This document shows, piece by piece, positions 1 through 8,655 of a stretch of 36,860 nt of DNA. The position numbers and the translations under genes are program-made. This DNA is from Nitrospirota bacterium (GTDB lineage: Bacteria; Nitrospirota; Thermodesulfovibrionia; Thermodesulfovibrionales; JdFR-86): assembly GCA_037385265.1 (NCBI GenBank), contig JARRNG010000004.1, positions 1 through 36,860 of the forward strand, in the 5' to 3' direction. Under the pieces are notes generated by a model, which saw only the letters and a program-made list of their open reading frames with translations, had not been told where the DNA came from and did not search any database. The number at the start of each line of letters is the position of its first letter. The first letter of the stretch is position 1.

Positions 1-196
1 GGCTAATGCCCAGGCGCTCGGCGGTTGCGGCAGCGTCGCCCAGGGCCTCGAGGGTGCAGCAGGCCGTGGGGCTCTTTTCGCCCCTGGTCTCGAAGAGGAC
101 GAGGCTCAGGCCCTCGACCTCGTAGCCCTCCTCCCTAAGAAGATGCACCGCCACCGAGGAGTCCACGCCGCCGCTCATTCCCACCAGGACCTTCAT
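1..196 (-). CDS. mnmA: tRNA-specific 2-thiouridylase MnmA (5' part; runs off the window)
   Basis: Manual translation of the minus strand from ATG at 196: [47 protein letters not shown]..., with the PP-loop SGGVDS typical of MnmA. Not in the ORF track because it is truncated. Confidence 0.92.
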   Translation of the reverse strand, partial: MKVLVGMSGGVDSSVAVHLLREEGYEVEGLSLVLFETRGEKSPTACCTLEALGDAAATAERLGIS

Positions 197-201
197 GGCT
201 A

Positions 202-248
202 ATTATAACAATGCCCGTATCCTATCGGGCATTGAATTAGGCTATAAT
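202..248. promoter_or_regulatory. Divergent sigma70-type -10 elements for mnmA (TGnTATAAT, 210-202, minus) and cysM (TATAAT, 243-248, plus)
   Basis: Perfect TATAAT hexamers 5 nt and 7 nt upstream of the respective start codons; no SD sequences. Confidence 0.6.
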
Positions 249-255
249 ACCAGCC

Positions 256-1164
256 GTGGGAATACTCGACTGCATAGGCAACACGCCCCTGGTGGAGATT
301 GAGGCCATAAACCCAAATCCGGCCGTGAAGCTCCTGGCCAAGATGGAGGGCAACAACCCCGGGGGTTCCGTCAAGGACCGCATCGCGCTTTTCATGATAA
401 ACACCGCCGAGCGCGAGGGCAGGCTCACGCGCGACAAGATAGTCCTTGAGGCCACGAGCGGAAACACCGGCATAGGGCTCGCCATGGTCTGCGCCGCCCG
501 GGGCTACAGGGTTAAGCTCACCATGCCGGCCTGCGTGAGCGTGGAGCGTCGGAGGGTGCTCGAGGCCTTCGGGGCGGAGCTCATCCTGAGCCCCCCGGAC
601 GAGGGCACCGACGGGGCCATAAGGCTTGCCCGCAAGATACTCGGCGAGGACCCCGGAAGATACTTCATGCCGAACCAGTTCGAAAACCCCGCCAACATCC
701 TGGCCCACTACGAGACCACCGGGCCGGAGATAATCGAGCAGACCGGTGGAGGCATCACCCACTTTGTGGCAGGCATGGGCACCACGGGCACCCTCATGGG
801 TGCCGGCAGGAGGCTCAAGGAGCACAACCCCGCCATCAGGATAATAGGCGTAGAGCCCATCCTGGGCCACAGGATACAGGGGCTCAAGAACATGAACGAG
901 TCCATCGTGCCGGGCATCTTCGACCCCTCGAGGCTCGACGAGCGCCACATCGTGAACGACGAAGAGGCCTTCGACACCACGAGGATGCTCGCCGTGAAGG
1001 AGGGCATCTTCGCAGGCATGTCGAGCGGCGCCGCCATGACGGTGGCCCTCCGGAAGTCCTCGGAGCTTACGTCGGGCACCATAGTCGTAATCCTGCCGGA
1101 CAGGGGAGACAGGTACCTCTCCACGGCCCTCTTCACCTCCGTCTGCGGAAAGTGCCCTCCTTAA
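256..1164 (+). CDS. cysM: PLP-dependent cysteine synthase (CysM/CysK family)
   Basis: IGNTPLV, NPGGSVKDR (PLP lysine), EATSGNTGIG, GMGTTGT and PDRGDRYLST motifs; C-terminal CGKCPP tail. Confidence 0.9.
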   Translation: MGILDCIGNTPLVEIEAINPNPAVKLLAKMEGNNPGGSVKDRIALFMINTAEREGRLTRDKIVLEATSGNTGIGLAMVCAARGYRVKLTMPACVSVERRRVLEAFGAELILSPPDEGTDGAIRLARKILGEDPGRYFMPNQFENPANILAHYETTGPEIIEQTGGGITHFVAGMGTTGTLMGAGRRLKEHNPAIRIIGVEPILGHRIQGLKNMNESIVPGIFDPSRLDERHIVNDEEAFDTTRMLAVKEGIFAGMSSGAAMTVALRKSSELTSGTIVVILPDRGDRYLSTALFTSVCGKCPP

Positions 1165-1243
1165 ATATATTGCTTGCGCTCGCTTCCCCATCCCCCGCTC
1201 CTGTGCTATAAAGTAGGAAACAACACTTTAAGGAGCGTGCCAA

Positions 1244-2026
1244 ATGAGAACCATATTCTGGACTGTTGCCATTGCGGTTTCGCTCGTCGGAAGCGCCTGG
1301 GCGGAGATCAGGACCGAGACGGTGGAATACATGGAGGGAGACACCGTGCTCGAGGGCTACCTCGCCTACGACGACTCTGTCGTGGGCAGGAGGCCCGGCG
1401 TTGTCGTAGTGCACGAGTGGTACGGGCTCAACGACTACGCCAAGAGGCGCGCCAGGATGGTCGCCGGACTCGGTTACGTGGCCTTCGCGGCCGACATATA
1501 CGGCAAGGGCAAGAGGGCCAAGGACTCCGAGGAGGCGGCGGCCTTGTCCGCCCCCTTCCGGAAGGACCGCGGTCTCATGAGGGCGAGGGCCAGCGCCGCC
1601 CTAAAAAAGCTCCAGGGCTATGATTTCGTGGACCCGGCTCGAACGGCGGCCATTGGATACTGTTTCGGAGGAACCACGGTGCTCGAGCTCGCAAGAAGCG
1701 GCGCCGATGTCGGGGGTGTTGTCTCTTTCCACGGCGGGCTCGATACCCCCAACCCCGGGGACGCAAGAAACATCAGGGGAAGCGTGCTCGCCCTGCACGG
1801 GGCCGCCGACCCCTTCGTGGGTCCCGAGCAGGCAGAGGCCTTCCGCCGGGAGATGAGCGACGCGGGCGTGGACTGGCAGATGGTCTACTACGGTGGGGCA
1901 ATGCACAGCTTTACGAATCCGGCCAGCGACAGCGACTCCTCCGACGGGACGGCCTATAACGAGCGCGCGGACCGCCGCTCGTGGGAGGCCATGAAGGCTT
2001 TCCTTAAGGAGGTGTTCGGAAAGTGA
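1244..2026 (+). CDS. Dienelactone hydrolase family protein, secreted
   Basis: Signal peptide ending AWA, then HEWYG, GYCFGG nucleophile, HGAAD and HSF; SD AAGGAG upstream. Confidence 0.9.
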   Translation: MRTIFWTVAIAVSLVGSAWAEIRTETVEYMEGDTVLEGYLAYDDSVVGRRPGVVVVHEWYGLNDYAKRRARMVAGLGYVAFAADIYGKGKRAKDSEEAAALSAPFRKDRGLMRARASAALKKLQGYDFVDPARTAAIGYCFGGTTVLELARSGADVGGVVSFHGGLDTPNPGDARNIRGSVLALHGAADPFVGPEQAEAFRREMSDAGVDWQMVYYGGAMHSFTNPASDSDSSDGTAYNERADRRSWEAMKAFLKEVFGK

Positions 2027-2213
2027 CTACCTCGCCCATCTTGTCGGCGCCCTGGCAGATTCCCATCCAGCGGTCTTCGAAAAGCCAGCCTGGAGGTGTT
2101 TCGGCTGCCCGGGCGGGGCTCTCGAAGGAGACGCGGTGAATCCCCGCCGTTGAGGCCACGGATGCGGCCCACGCAAGGACGAAAATCGCCGAGAGCATCC
2201 CGAACCGCTTCAT
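2004..2213 (-). CDS. Small 69-aa ORF with signal peptide (possible truncated remnant)
   Basis: ATGA overlap with the upstream gene's stop, AGGAG SD, and MKRFGMLSAIFVLAWAASVA signal-like N-terminus; the 3' end overlaps the convergent hydrolase gene by 23 nt. Confidence 0.45.
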   Translation of the reverse strand: MKRFGMLSAIFVLAWAASVASTAGIHRVSFESPARAAETPPGWLFEDRWMGICQGADKMGEVVTFRTPP

Positions 2214-3112
2214 CTCTCCTTCACCCTTAAGTACTCGTAGAGCCCCGTGAGCCTCCCGGTGGCCGCCATGAGAAACCATGCGAGGGATATGGCCGTGGCG
2301 GAATCGGGCTCCACGCCCACGGTTCCCAGCAGAAGGACGGCCGAGGCCTCCCGGAGGCCTATGCCCGAAAGCGAGACGGGTATCGCGGCCACGACCGTGA
2401 TTATCGGTACGAACAGGAGCAGTGATGTGAAGGGAATCCTCACGCCCAGGCCGATTGCCAGAAGGTAGATGCCGAGCACGGACAGAAGCTGGAGCGCGAA
2501 GGAAAGTAATAGGGCCTTGCCGATGACGCCGTACTTCCTCCTGTATTCGTGGAAGTATTCGTGGAGTTTCCCCACGATGCCAATACTCTTTCCGAGCCGT
2601 AGGCCGAACACGACGAGACTCCCCAGCACGAAGAGGATAACCATAAGCGGCAGCAGCCACTCTATCCACGAGCCCCTGATGTACTTGAACCCCAGGGGAT
2701 ACGCGGCGAGGCCCAGCAACATCAGGGAGGTAAACCCCACGTAGCGGTCCATGAATACGGAGCTCAGCGCCAGCGAGCCCTTCCCGGTCTCCTTGTAGAG
2801 GTAGTAGATCTTCACGGCGTCTCCGCCCACGAGACCCGGCAGGAAGGTGCTGAAAAAAGAGCCCAGGAGGTACAGCGGGAAAAGTCGCCTGAGGGGGAAC
2901 CTATCGGGAAGAAGCATCTGCCACCTGACGGAGCCGATAAATAGCGCTAAAACGTAGAGCAGCACTGCGGCCATGAAAAGCAGGGGATGAATGCGTGCGA
3001 GGAGGCTCAGGACGTCCTCGGCCCCGGCCTTTCTGAGTACGATGTAAAGAAGGGTGCCGGAGACCAGGAGCTTCAGAGTAAAAAACAGGAGTTTCCTGGA
3101 GGTTTTACCCAT
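2210..3112 (-). CDS. UPF0104 / lysylphosphatidylglycerol synthase TM-domain (flippase-like) protein
   Basis: Multiple TM segments; RW, FLPGLVGGD, DRYVG and PVSLSGIGLRE motifs of this family. Confidence 0.85.
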   Translation of the reverse strand: MGKTSRKLLFFTLKLLVSGTLLYIVLRKAGAEDVLSLLARIHPLLFMAAVLLYVLALFIGSVRWQMLLPDRFPLRRLFPLYLLGSFFSTFLPGLVGGDAVKIYYLYKETGKGSLALSSVFMDRYVGFTSLMLLGLAAYPLGFKYIRGSWIEWLLPLMVILFVLGSLVVFGLRLGKSIGIVGKLHEYFHEYRRKYGVIGKALLLSFALQLLSVLGIYLLAIGLGVRIPFTSLLLFVPIITVVAAIPVSLSGIGLREASAVLLLGTVGVEPDSATAISLAWFLMAATGRLTGLYEYLRVKER

Positions 3113-3251
3113 GGGTCATTCAATAATATCAGAACGCGGGGATAGCAAGCATCGCCACGTGGGATTTCGGGTCAAGGCGGCCGCCAGCTGCGTCAGGGCG
3201 GGGAAGTAAGGGCTTTTGTTTGTGAAGACGAGAATTAGAGAGTCCAGCCTG

Positions 3252-3593
3252 TTAAGGTCCGCCGATGAGTTCCCGCACCTTGTTCCGGAGGTCCTCTATC
3301 TTGAAGGGCTTTTGGAGGCTATGTTCCCACTTAGAGGAATTCATCGAGCCGGTTATTATCAGCAGACGGGCGCGTGGAGCGATTCCTTGAGCCTTGGCGA
3401 TAAGGGCCTCTGTGTCGACGCCGCCCAGATGGAGGTCCACGATGAGGAGGTCCGCCCCCTCGCTTGCAAGGGTGGCGACGAACTCCTTGGCGTCAGGCGT
3501 GGCTGTCACCTGGTAGCCAACCCTGCCAAGGGCCTTCTCCACGGTCATGAGTATAAGAGGCTCGTCGTCTATTGCCAGGATTTTTCCACTCAC
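3252..3593 (-). CDS. Single-domain response regulator (CheY-like)
   Basis: ILAIDDE, DLLIVD (phosphoacceptor), ITG and KPF motifs. Confidence 0.9.
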   Translation of the reverse strand: MSGKILAIDDEPLILMTVEKALGRVGYQVTATPDAKEFVATLASEGADLLIVDLHLGGVDTEALIAKAQGIAPRARLLIITGSMNSSKWEHSLQKPFKIEDLRNKVRELIGGP

Positions 3594-3646
3594 CGCGTTT
3601 ATAATTATGCATGATTATTAACCAAAAATTGAACCCCCGGTAGAAG

Positions 3647-5350
3647 ATGAACCTTTCTTACGCAGATTGGATAATAATTTCCGGCTACATGGCCCTCAGC
3701 CTTGCCGTTGGCCTTTACCTGACCAAGAGGGCCTCGACTAGCCTGAGCGAGTTCTTCCTTTCGGGCCGCAACCTCCCCTGGTGGCTCGCCGGGACCTCCA
3801 TGGTGGCCACCACCTTCTCCTCCGACACGCCGCTTTATGTCACGGGCCTGGTTCGCGCCCACGGGATATACGAGAACTGGCAGTGGTGGTGCTTCATCAT
3901 GTGGGGGATGATGGGGGTATTCTTTTTCGCGCGGCTCTGGAGGCGCCTGGGAGTGCTCACGGACGTGGAGCTCATCGAGATGCGCTATTCCAGGAGGTCG
4001 GCCCGGGTGCTCAGAGGCTTCAAGGCAGTGTACTTCTCGTGCATCATCCACACCATTATAAAGGCCCAGGTCATCCTGGCGATGGCGAAGATTCTAGACG
4101 TCACCCTGGGATGGGGGAAGTGGGAGAGCATTGCCATATCGAGCCTCGTCACGCTGGCTTATTCGGTCATGTCCGGATACTGGGGCGTGGTGACAACCGA
4201 CCTTATGCAGTTCGCCGTGGCGATGGTCGGCGCCGTGGCGCTGGCCGTGATCTCCGTCGACAAGGTGGGGGGGCTACAGGCGCTCAGGACGGAGATTTCG
4301 GCGGACAAATTGAGCTTTTTCCCCCCTCTCGACGGGGAGTTCGCCGGCACCGCCTTCATGGCCTTTTTGGGCTACGTGGGGCTTGCCTGGTGGTCGAAAT
4401 ACTCCTCCGACGGCGGCGGGGTCGTCGTGCAGAGGATATCGTCGTGCAGGAACGAGCGGGAGGGGCTCCTGGCGACGTTCTACTTCAACGTGGCCAACTA
4501 TGCCCTTCGGACCTGGCCCTGGGTGATAGTGGCCCTGGCGTCGCTACTGCTCTACCCGCGGCTCACGCAGCACGAGGCCGTTTATCCGCTGATGGTGGTG
4601 GACCTTCTTCCGTCCGGCGTGCGGGGTCTTGTGGTGGCCTCCTTCTTCGCCGCCTTCATGTCGACCCTCAGCACATACCTCAACCTCTCCTCGGCATACT
4701 TTGTGAACGATTTCTACAAGCCCTTCTTGGTAAAGGACCGGGACGACAGGCACTACATTTTCGTCTCCAGGATTGCGGCGGTGGCGCTTTTGGCCGTGAC
4801 GGCGGTGGTCACGCTTTACGTTACTTCCATAGTAGGGGTCTTCAAGTTCCTGATAGCCTTCGGCTCAGGCACCGGCCTCGTCTACATCCTCAGGTGGTTC
4901 TGGTGGAGGATAAACGCCTGGAGCGAGATATCGGCCATGGTGGCCTCCACGGCCATGACCCTGGTGGCCTACAGGGTCTACCCTGAGATCCCCTACTACG
5001 CCAAACTGGCGCTCATAATTTCGGTGTCCACGGCGGTCTGGGTCGCCGTAACTTATGCCACCGGTCCCACGGACATGGAAAAGCTCATGGAGTTCGTGCG
5101 AAAGGCGAGACCGGGCGGCCCCGGCTGGGGGCCGGTAAGGCGGCTCATCGGAGAGCCCGTGGAAGGGGAGAACTTTTCAGGGGCTCTCCTGGATTGGGCC
5201 GCCGGCAGCCTCTTCGTTATCGGCCTGACCCTGGGTATCGGAAAGCTCCTTCTGGGGTATTTCCTATCAGGTTACATATGGCTTTTGGTGAGCCTCGCCA
5301 CGGGCTGGCTCCTAAAGAGGAGATTCGCCACGTACACTTTTTCCGATTGA
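3647..5350 (+). CDS. Sodium:solute symporter (SSS/SLC5) family protein
   Basis: FFLSGRNLPWW, SMVATTF, TDLMQF and AAFMST motifs; many TM helices. Confidence 0.9.
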   Translation: MNLSYADWIIISGYMALSLAVGLYLTKRASTSLSEFFLSGRNLPWWLAGTSMVATTFSSDTPLYVTGLVRAHGIYENWQWWCFIMWGMMGVFFFARLWRRLGVLTDVELIEMRYSRRSARVLRGFKAVYFSCIIHTIIKAQVILAMAKILDVTLGWGKWESIAISSLVTLAYSVMSGYWGVVTTDLMQFAVAMVGAVALAVISVDKVGGLQALRTEISADKLSFFPPLDGEFAGTAFMAFLGYVGLAWWSKYSSDGGGVVVQRISSCRNEREGLLATFYFNVANYALRTWPWVIVALASLLLYPRLTQHEAVYPLMVVDLLPSGVRGLVVASFFAAFMSTLSTYLNLSSAYFVNDFYKPFLVKDRDDRHYIFVSRIAAVALLAVTAVVTLYVTSIVGVFKFLIAFGSGTGLVYILRWFWWRINAWSEISAMVASTAMTLVAYRVYPEIPYYAKLALIISVSTAVWVAVTYATGPTDMEKLMEFVRKARPGGPGWGPVRRLIGEPVEGENFSGALLDWAAGSLFVIGLTLGIGKLLLGYFLSGYIWLLVSLATGWLLKRRFATYTFSD

Positions 5351-5415
5351 TGGGTTCCTTGACTACGGCATGTGGTTTTGTTATATTGTATCTTTAGCTC
5401 ACAGGGCAGGAGATT

Positions 5416-5967
5416 ATGATGGCGAAAAAGAAGAAGGCAACGTCTGCCGGGAAGAAGAAGGCAGCCAAGAAAACGGCGCCCAAGAAGAAGGCCGCATCCA
5501 AGAAGAGGACCGTTTCCAAGAAAAAAGCCGTTTCCAAGAAGAAGGCTGTTTCCAAGAAGAAGGCCGTTCCCAAGAAAAAGACCGCGGCGAAAAAGAAAGC
5601 CCTTAGCCCGAGGGAAAAGAAGATGCAGGAGATAAGGGACAAGCTCGTGGAGCAGAAAGAATTCCTTATCGCCGAGGCCGAACAGGCGATGAACGCCCTT
5701 CCCGAGCAGACCGTCTTCCCCGACCTGGGCGACCAGGCCTCGGCCGAGACCGACCGCAGCTTCATGCTGAGGCTACGCGGTAGGGAGCAGAAGCTTCTCA
5801 AGAAGATAGACGAGGCCATAGAGCGCATAGACGAGGGCAAGTACGGAATCTGCGAAATATGCGGCGACGAGATAGGAATAAAACGTCTCGAGGCCAGGCC
5901 CGTCACCACCATGTGCATAGAGTGCAAGACCGAGCAGGAGGAAGAGGAGAAACTGCAGGGCCAGTAG
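5416..5967 (+). CDS. dksA: RNA polymerase-binding protein DksA with Lys/Ala-rich N-terminal extension
   Basis: DLGDQA coiled-coil tip, YGICEICG...RLEARP...CIECK zinc finger; SD AGGAG. Confidence 0.92.
   Translation: MMAKKKKATSAGKKKAAKKTAPKKKAASKKRTVSKKKAVSKKKAVSKKKAVPKKKTAAKKKALSPREKKMQEIRDKLVEQKEFLIAEAEQAMNALPEQTVFPDLGDQASAETDRSFMLRLRGREQKLLKKIDEAIERIDEGKYGICEICGDEIGIKRLEARPVTTMCIECKTEQEEEEKLQGQ
5512..5577 (+). repeat. 18-nt tandem coding repeat (VSKKKA, about 3.5 copies) in the DksA tail
   Basis: gtttccaagaaaaaagcc / gtttccaagaagaaggct / gtttccaagaagaaggcc / gttcccaag. Confidence 0.8.
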
Positions 5968-5983
5968 GCCCGGCCCCGGCTCG

Positions 5984-6796
5984 TCAAGCCTTTATTTTCT
6001 TAAGCCCGAACCTTTCCTGGAGAGCGTCGCCAAGAATATTGAAGCTCAGCGCCGTAACCGCTATCGCAAGGCCCGGGAAGAGCACTATCCAAGGCGCCGC
6101 CACGATGTAGGACCTCCCGGCGCTTACCATGGAGCCCCAGCTTGCCGTGGGGGGCTGGGCGCCGAGCCCAAGGAAACTGAGCGAGGCCTCCGTGATTATG
6201 AACCCCCCTATCTTGAGGCCCATCATCACGAGGCTCAGGGGGACGCACTGGGGAAGGAGATGCACGAAGATCACCCTCGCCGGACTGCACCCGAGGGCAC
6301 GGGCGGCTTCCACGTAGGGCTCCTCCCTGAGAGCCAGGACGTGACCCCTTATGAGGCGCGCGAAGGCGGCCCACCCCACCGCCGCTATGGCTATCATCAC
6401 GGTGTAAATCCCCTGGGGGAGGATTATGGATATCCCTATGGCTAGGAGTAGCGAGGGGAAGGAAAGCACCAGGTCCACGAGGGCCATGAGGGCGGTGTCG
6501 AGCCGTCCGCCTAAGTAGCCCGAGACCAGACCGATCATGAGCCCTATGCTCATGGAAAGGACGGCGGCCGTTATCGCCACGCCCACCGATATCCGCCCGC
6601 CGTGCAGGACCCTGGCCAGCACGTCCCGGCCCTTCTGGTCGGTGCCCAAGGGATGGCTCTGCGACGGCGAGCTCTTGAGGGCTTCGAGGTTTATTTTGTC
6701 GGGGTCGTAGGGCGTTAGGAGCGGGGCGGCCAGGGAGGCCAGTATTATGAGCCCCAGCACGAGCGCCGCCGCCTTTCCCCTCGTAATCTTCCTCAT
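5984..6796 (-). CDS. dppC: Peptide/nickel ABC transporter permease (DppC/OppC type)
   Basis: HPLGTDQKGRD, EAARALG (EAA loop), EASLSFLGLG and SWG motifs. Confidence 0.9.
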   Translation of the reverse strand: MRKITRGKAAALVLGLIILASLAAPLLTPYDPDKINLEALKSSPSQSHPLGTDQKGRDVLARVLHGGRISVGVAITAAVLSMSIGLMIGLVSGYLGGRLDTALMALVDLVLSFPSLLLAIGISIILPQGIYTVMIAIAAVGWAAFARLIRGHVLALREEPYVEAARALGCSPARVIFVHLLPQCVPLSLVMMGLKIGGFIITEASLSFLGLGAQPPTASWGSMVSAGRSYIVAAPWIVLFPGLAIAVTALSFNILGDALQERFGLKKIKA

Positions 6797-7725
6797 GCGC
6801 TTTTACCGTGAATCCTCACGCGGGGGTCGAGCCAGTGGTAGGCGATGTCCACGGCGAGGTTTATGAGCACGAAGACCGCAGTGCCCACTATGATGGTCCC
6901 CATGACCACGGGGATGTCCCTCTTCAGGATTCCTTCCATGGCGTACCTCCCGATGCCGTCCCAGCCGAAAATGGTCTCCGTGAGGACGGCGCCGTTCAGG
7001 TAGCTGCCGAAGTCCAGTCCTATTACCGTCACGATGGGGATGAGGGCATTCGTCAGTACGTGCCTGACGTTTATCTTCCAGGGTGCCAGGCCCTTCGCCT
7101 TCGCCGCCTGGACGAAGGGCATGTCCAGTATGTCCGCCACGGTCGTCCGCGTGACCCTGGCCAGGGTGGCCACCGCCGGAAGCGCCAGGGTGGTGGCGGG
7201 CAGCACGAGGAACCTTAGCTCTCCTGTGCCTGAAGGCGGCAGGAGCCTCAGATAGAAGCTTGCCACCAGCATGAGGAGCAGGCCCGACCAGAAGACGGGC
7301 ACGCTTATGCCCACCACCGAGACCGTGGTGATAAGCCTGTCCAGGGCCGACCCCCTCCGCAGGGCGGCCCAGAAGCCGAGCATCACGCCAATCGGCGTTG
7401 CGAGGGCCATGGCGCCCGCGGCGAGCATCATCGTGTTGGGGAATTTAGAGGCGAGGTCCTCGGCCACTCTGCGGTTCGTGTAGTACGAACGGCCGAACTC
7501 CCCCCTTGCGAGAAGACCCAGATAGCCGAAGTACTGGGCGAAGAAGCCCCTGTCGCTTCCCATCTGCTCGCGGATCTTTTCGATCGTCTCAGGGCTTGCG
7601 CGCTCGCCGACCATGCCGAGCACAGGGTCGCCCGGCAGGGCCTTCGTTAGGGAGAAGGTAAGCAGGGTGATGCCCATCAGGAGGGGGACCAGCATGAGCA
7701 GCCTCTTGAGAGCGTAGAGCTTTAT
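6793..7725 (-). CDS. dppB: Peptide/nickel ABC transporter permease (DppB/OppB type); start probably ATA at 7725 (first ATG is 7695)
   Basis: PGDP, AKAKGL, ETIFGWDGIG and RDIPVV motifs; the frame extends upstream as (I)KLYALKRLL behind a TAAGGAGG SD. Confidence 0.88.
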   Translation of the reverse strand: MKLYALKRLLMLVPLLMGITLLTFSLTKALPGDPVLGMVGERASPETIEKIREQMGSDRGFFAQYFGYLGLLARGEFGRSYYTNRRVAEDLASKFPNTMMLAAGAMALATPIGVMLGFWAALRRGSALDRLITTVSVVGISVPVFWSGLLLMLVASFYLRLLPPSGTGELRFLVLPATTLALPAVATLARVTRTTVADILDMPFVQAAKAKGLAPWKINVRHVLTNALIPIVTVIGLDFGSYLNGAVLTETIFGWDGIGRYAMEGILKRDIPVVMGTIIVGTAVFVLINLAVDIAYHWLDPRVRIHGKSA

Positions 7726-7831
7726 CTTTTTGCCTCCTTACCGCAAGCTACCGTATGATATACTTTTGTTTAGTGCTAATACAATAATTGCCGGCGGGCA
7801 GCTGCGTCGCCCCGCCGGAAGGAGTTTCGAT

Positions 7832-8623
7832 TTGGAATCCCTCGAATTTGTGGAGGGCTCTTACAGCACGGGCCGGCGCCGAGTTTCGTTTTTCGCAAAA
7901 GTGTGGCCGACTCCCGTCTTTTTCCTTAAGTTCTTCTGGATTGTCTGGCGGGCTGCGGGAAAGGCCAAGCGGGGGAAGTACGGCGATGGGGATCTGGCCC
8001 GAAGCAGCAGGGGCGTTATAGGGGCTCTCGAGTCCGTAGGGGTGAAGTTCGATCTGGAGGGAATTGAAAACATGAAGTCCTTCGAAGGCCCCTGCGTCTT
8101 CGTTTCCAACCACATGAGCACGCTCGAGACCGTCTGCTTCCCCGGAATAATCCTGCCTTTCAAGAGCGTAACCTTCGTTGTGAAGGAGAGCCTTCTTCAC
8201 TATCCCGTGTTCAGGCACATAATGAGAGCCATGAAAGCCGTAGGAGTGACCCGCCGGAACCCCAGGGAGGACCTCAGGGCGGTGCTCGCCGATGGAGGGA
8301 GGATTCTCGGAGAGGGCAAGTCCGTCGTGGTCTTTCCCCAGACCACCAGGACCACGGAATTCGACCCCTCTGATTTCAACTCCCTGGGGGTGAAGCTCGC
8401 CCGGAGGGCCGGCGTCCCCGTCGTGCCCGTCGCCCTCAAGAGCGACGCCTGGGGCGCGGGACCTTCTTTCATGAGGGACATCGGCAGGATAGATCCTTCC
8501 AAGACCGTGCGCATTTGCTTTGGAGAGCCCCTCGTGGTCGAGGGCAGGGGGGATGCAGAGCACGGCAAGGTGGTGGAGTTCATAGGCTCGAAGCTCGAGG
8601 AATGGAACGCCCGACGGTTATGA
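7832..8623 (+). CDS. Lysophospholipid (1-acyl-sn-glycerol-3-phosphate) acyltransferase, PlsC family
   Basis: SNHMSTLE (H-x4-D/E), FVVK, VVFPQTTR and VPVVPV motifs; start chosen at TTG 7832 behind AAGGAG. Confidence 0.85.
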   Translation: MESLEFVEGSYSTGRRRVSFFAKVWPTPVFFLKFFWIVWRAAGKAKRGKYGDGDLARSSRGVIGALESVGVKFDLEGIENMKSFEGPCVFVSNHMSTLETVCFPGIILPFKSVTFVVKESLLHYPVFRHIMRAMKAVGVTRRNPREDLRAVLADGGRILGEGKSVVVFPQTTRTTEFDPSDFNSLGVKLARRAGVPVVPVALKSDAWGAGPSFMRDIGRIDPSKTVRICFGEPLVVEGRGDAEHGKVVEFIGSKLEEWNARRL

Positions 8624-8655
8624 TATAATTTCGGTGTCGCGCCAAGGAGGACCAC

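Noticed and set aside
7730-7831. N-terminal extension of the acyltransferase ORF
   Set aside because: Covers the AT-rich divergent promoter region and the dppB SD; TTG 7832 has its own SD.
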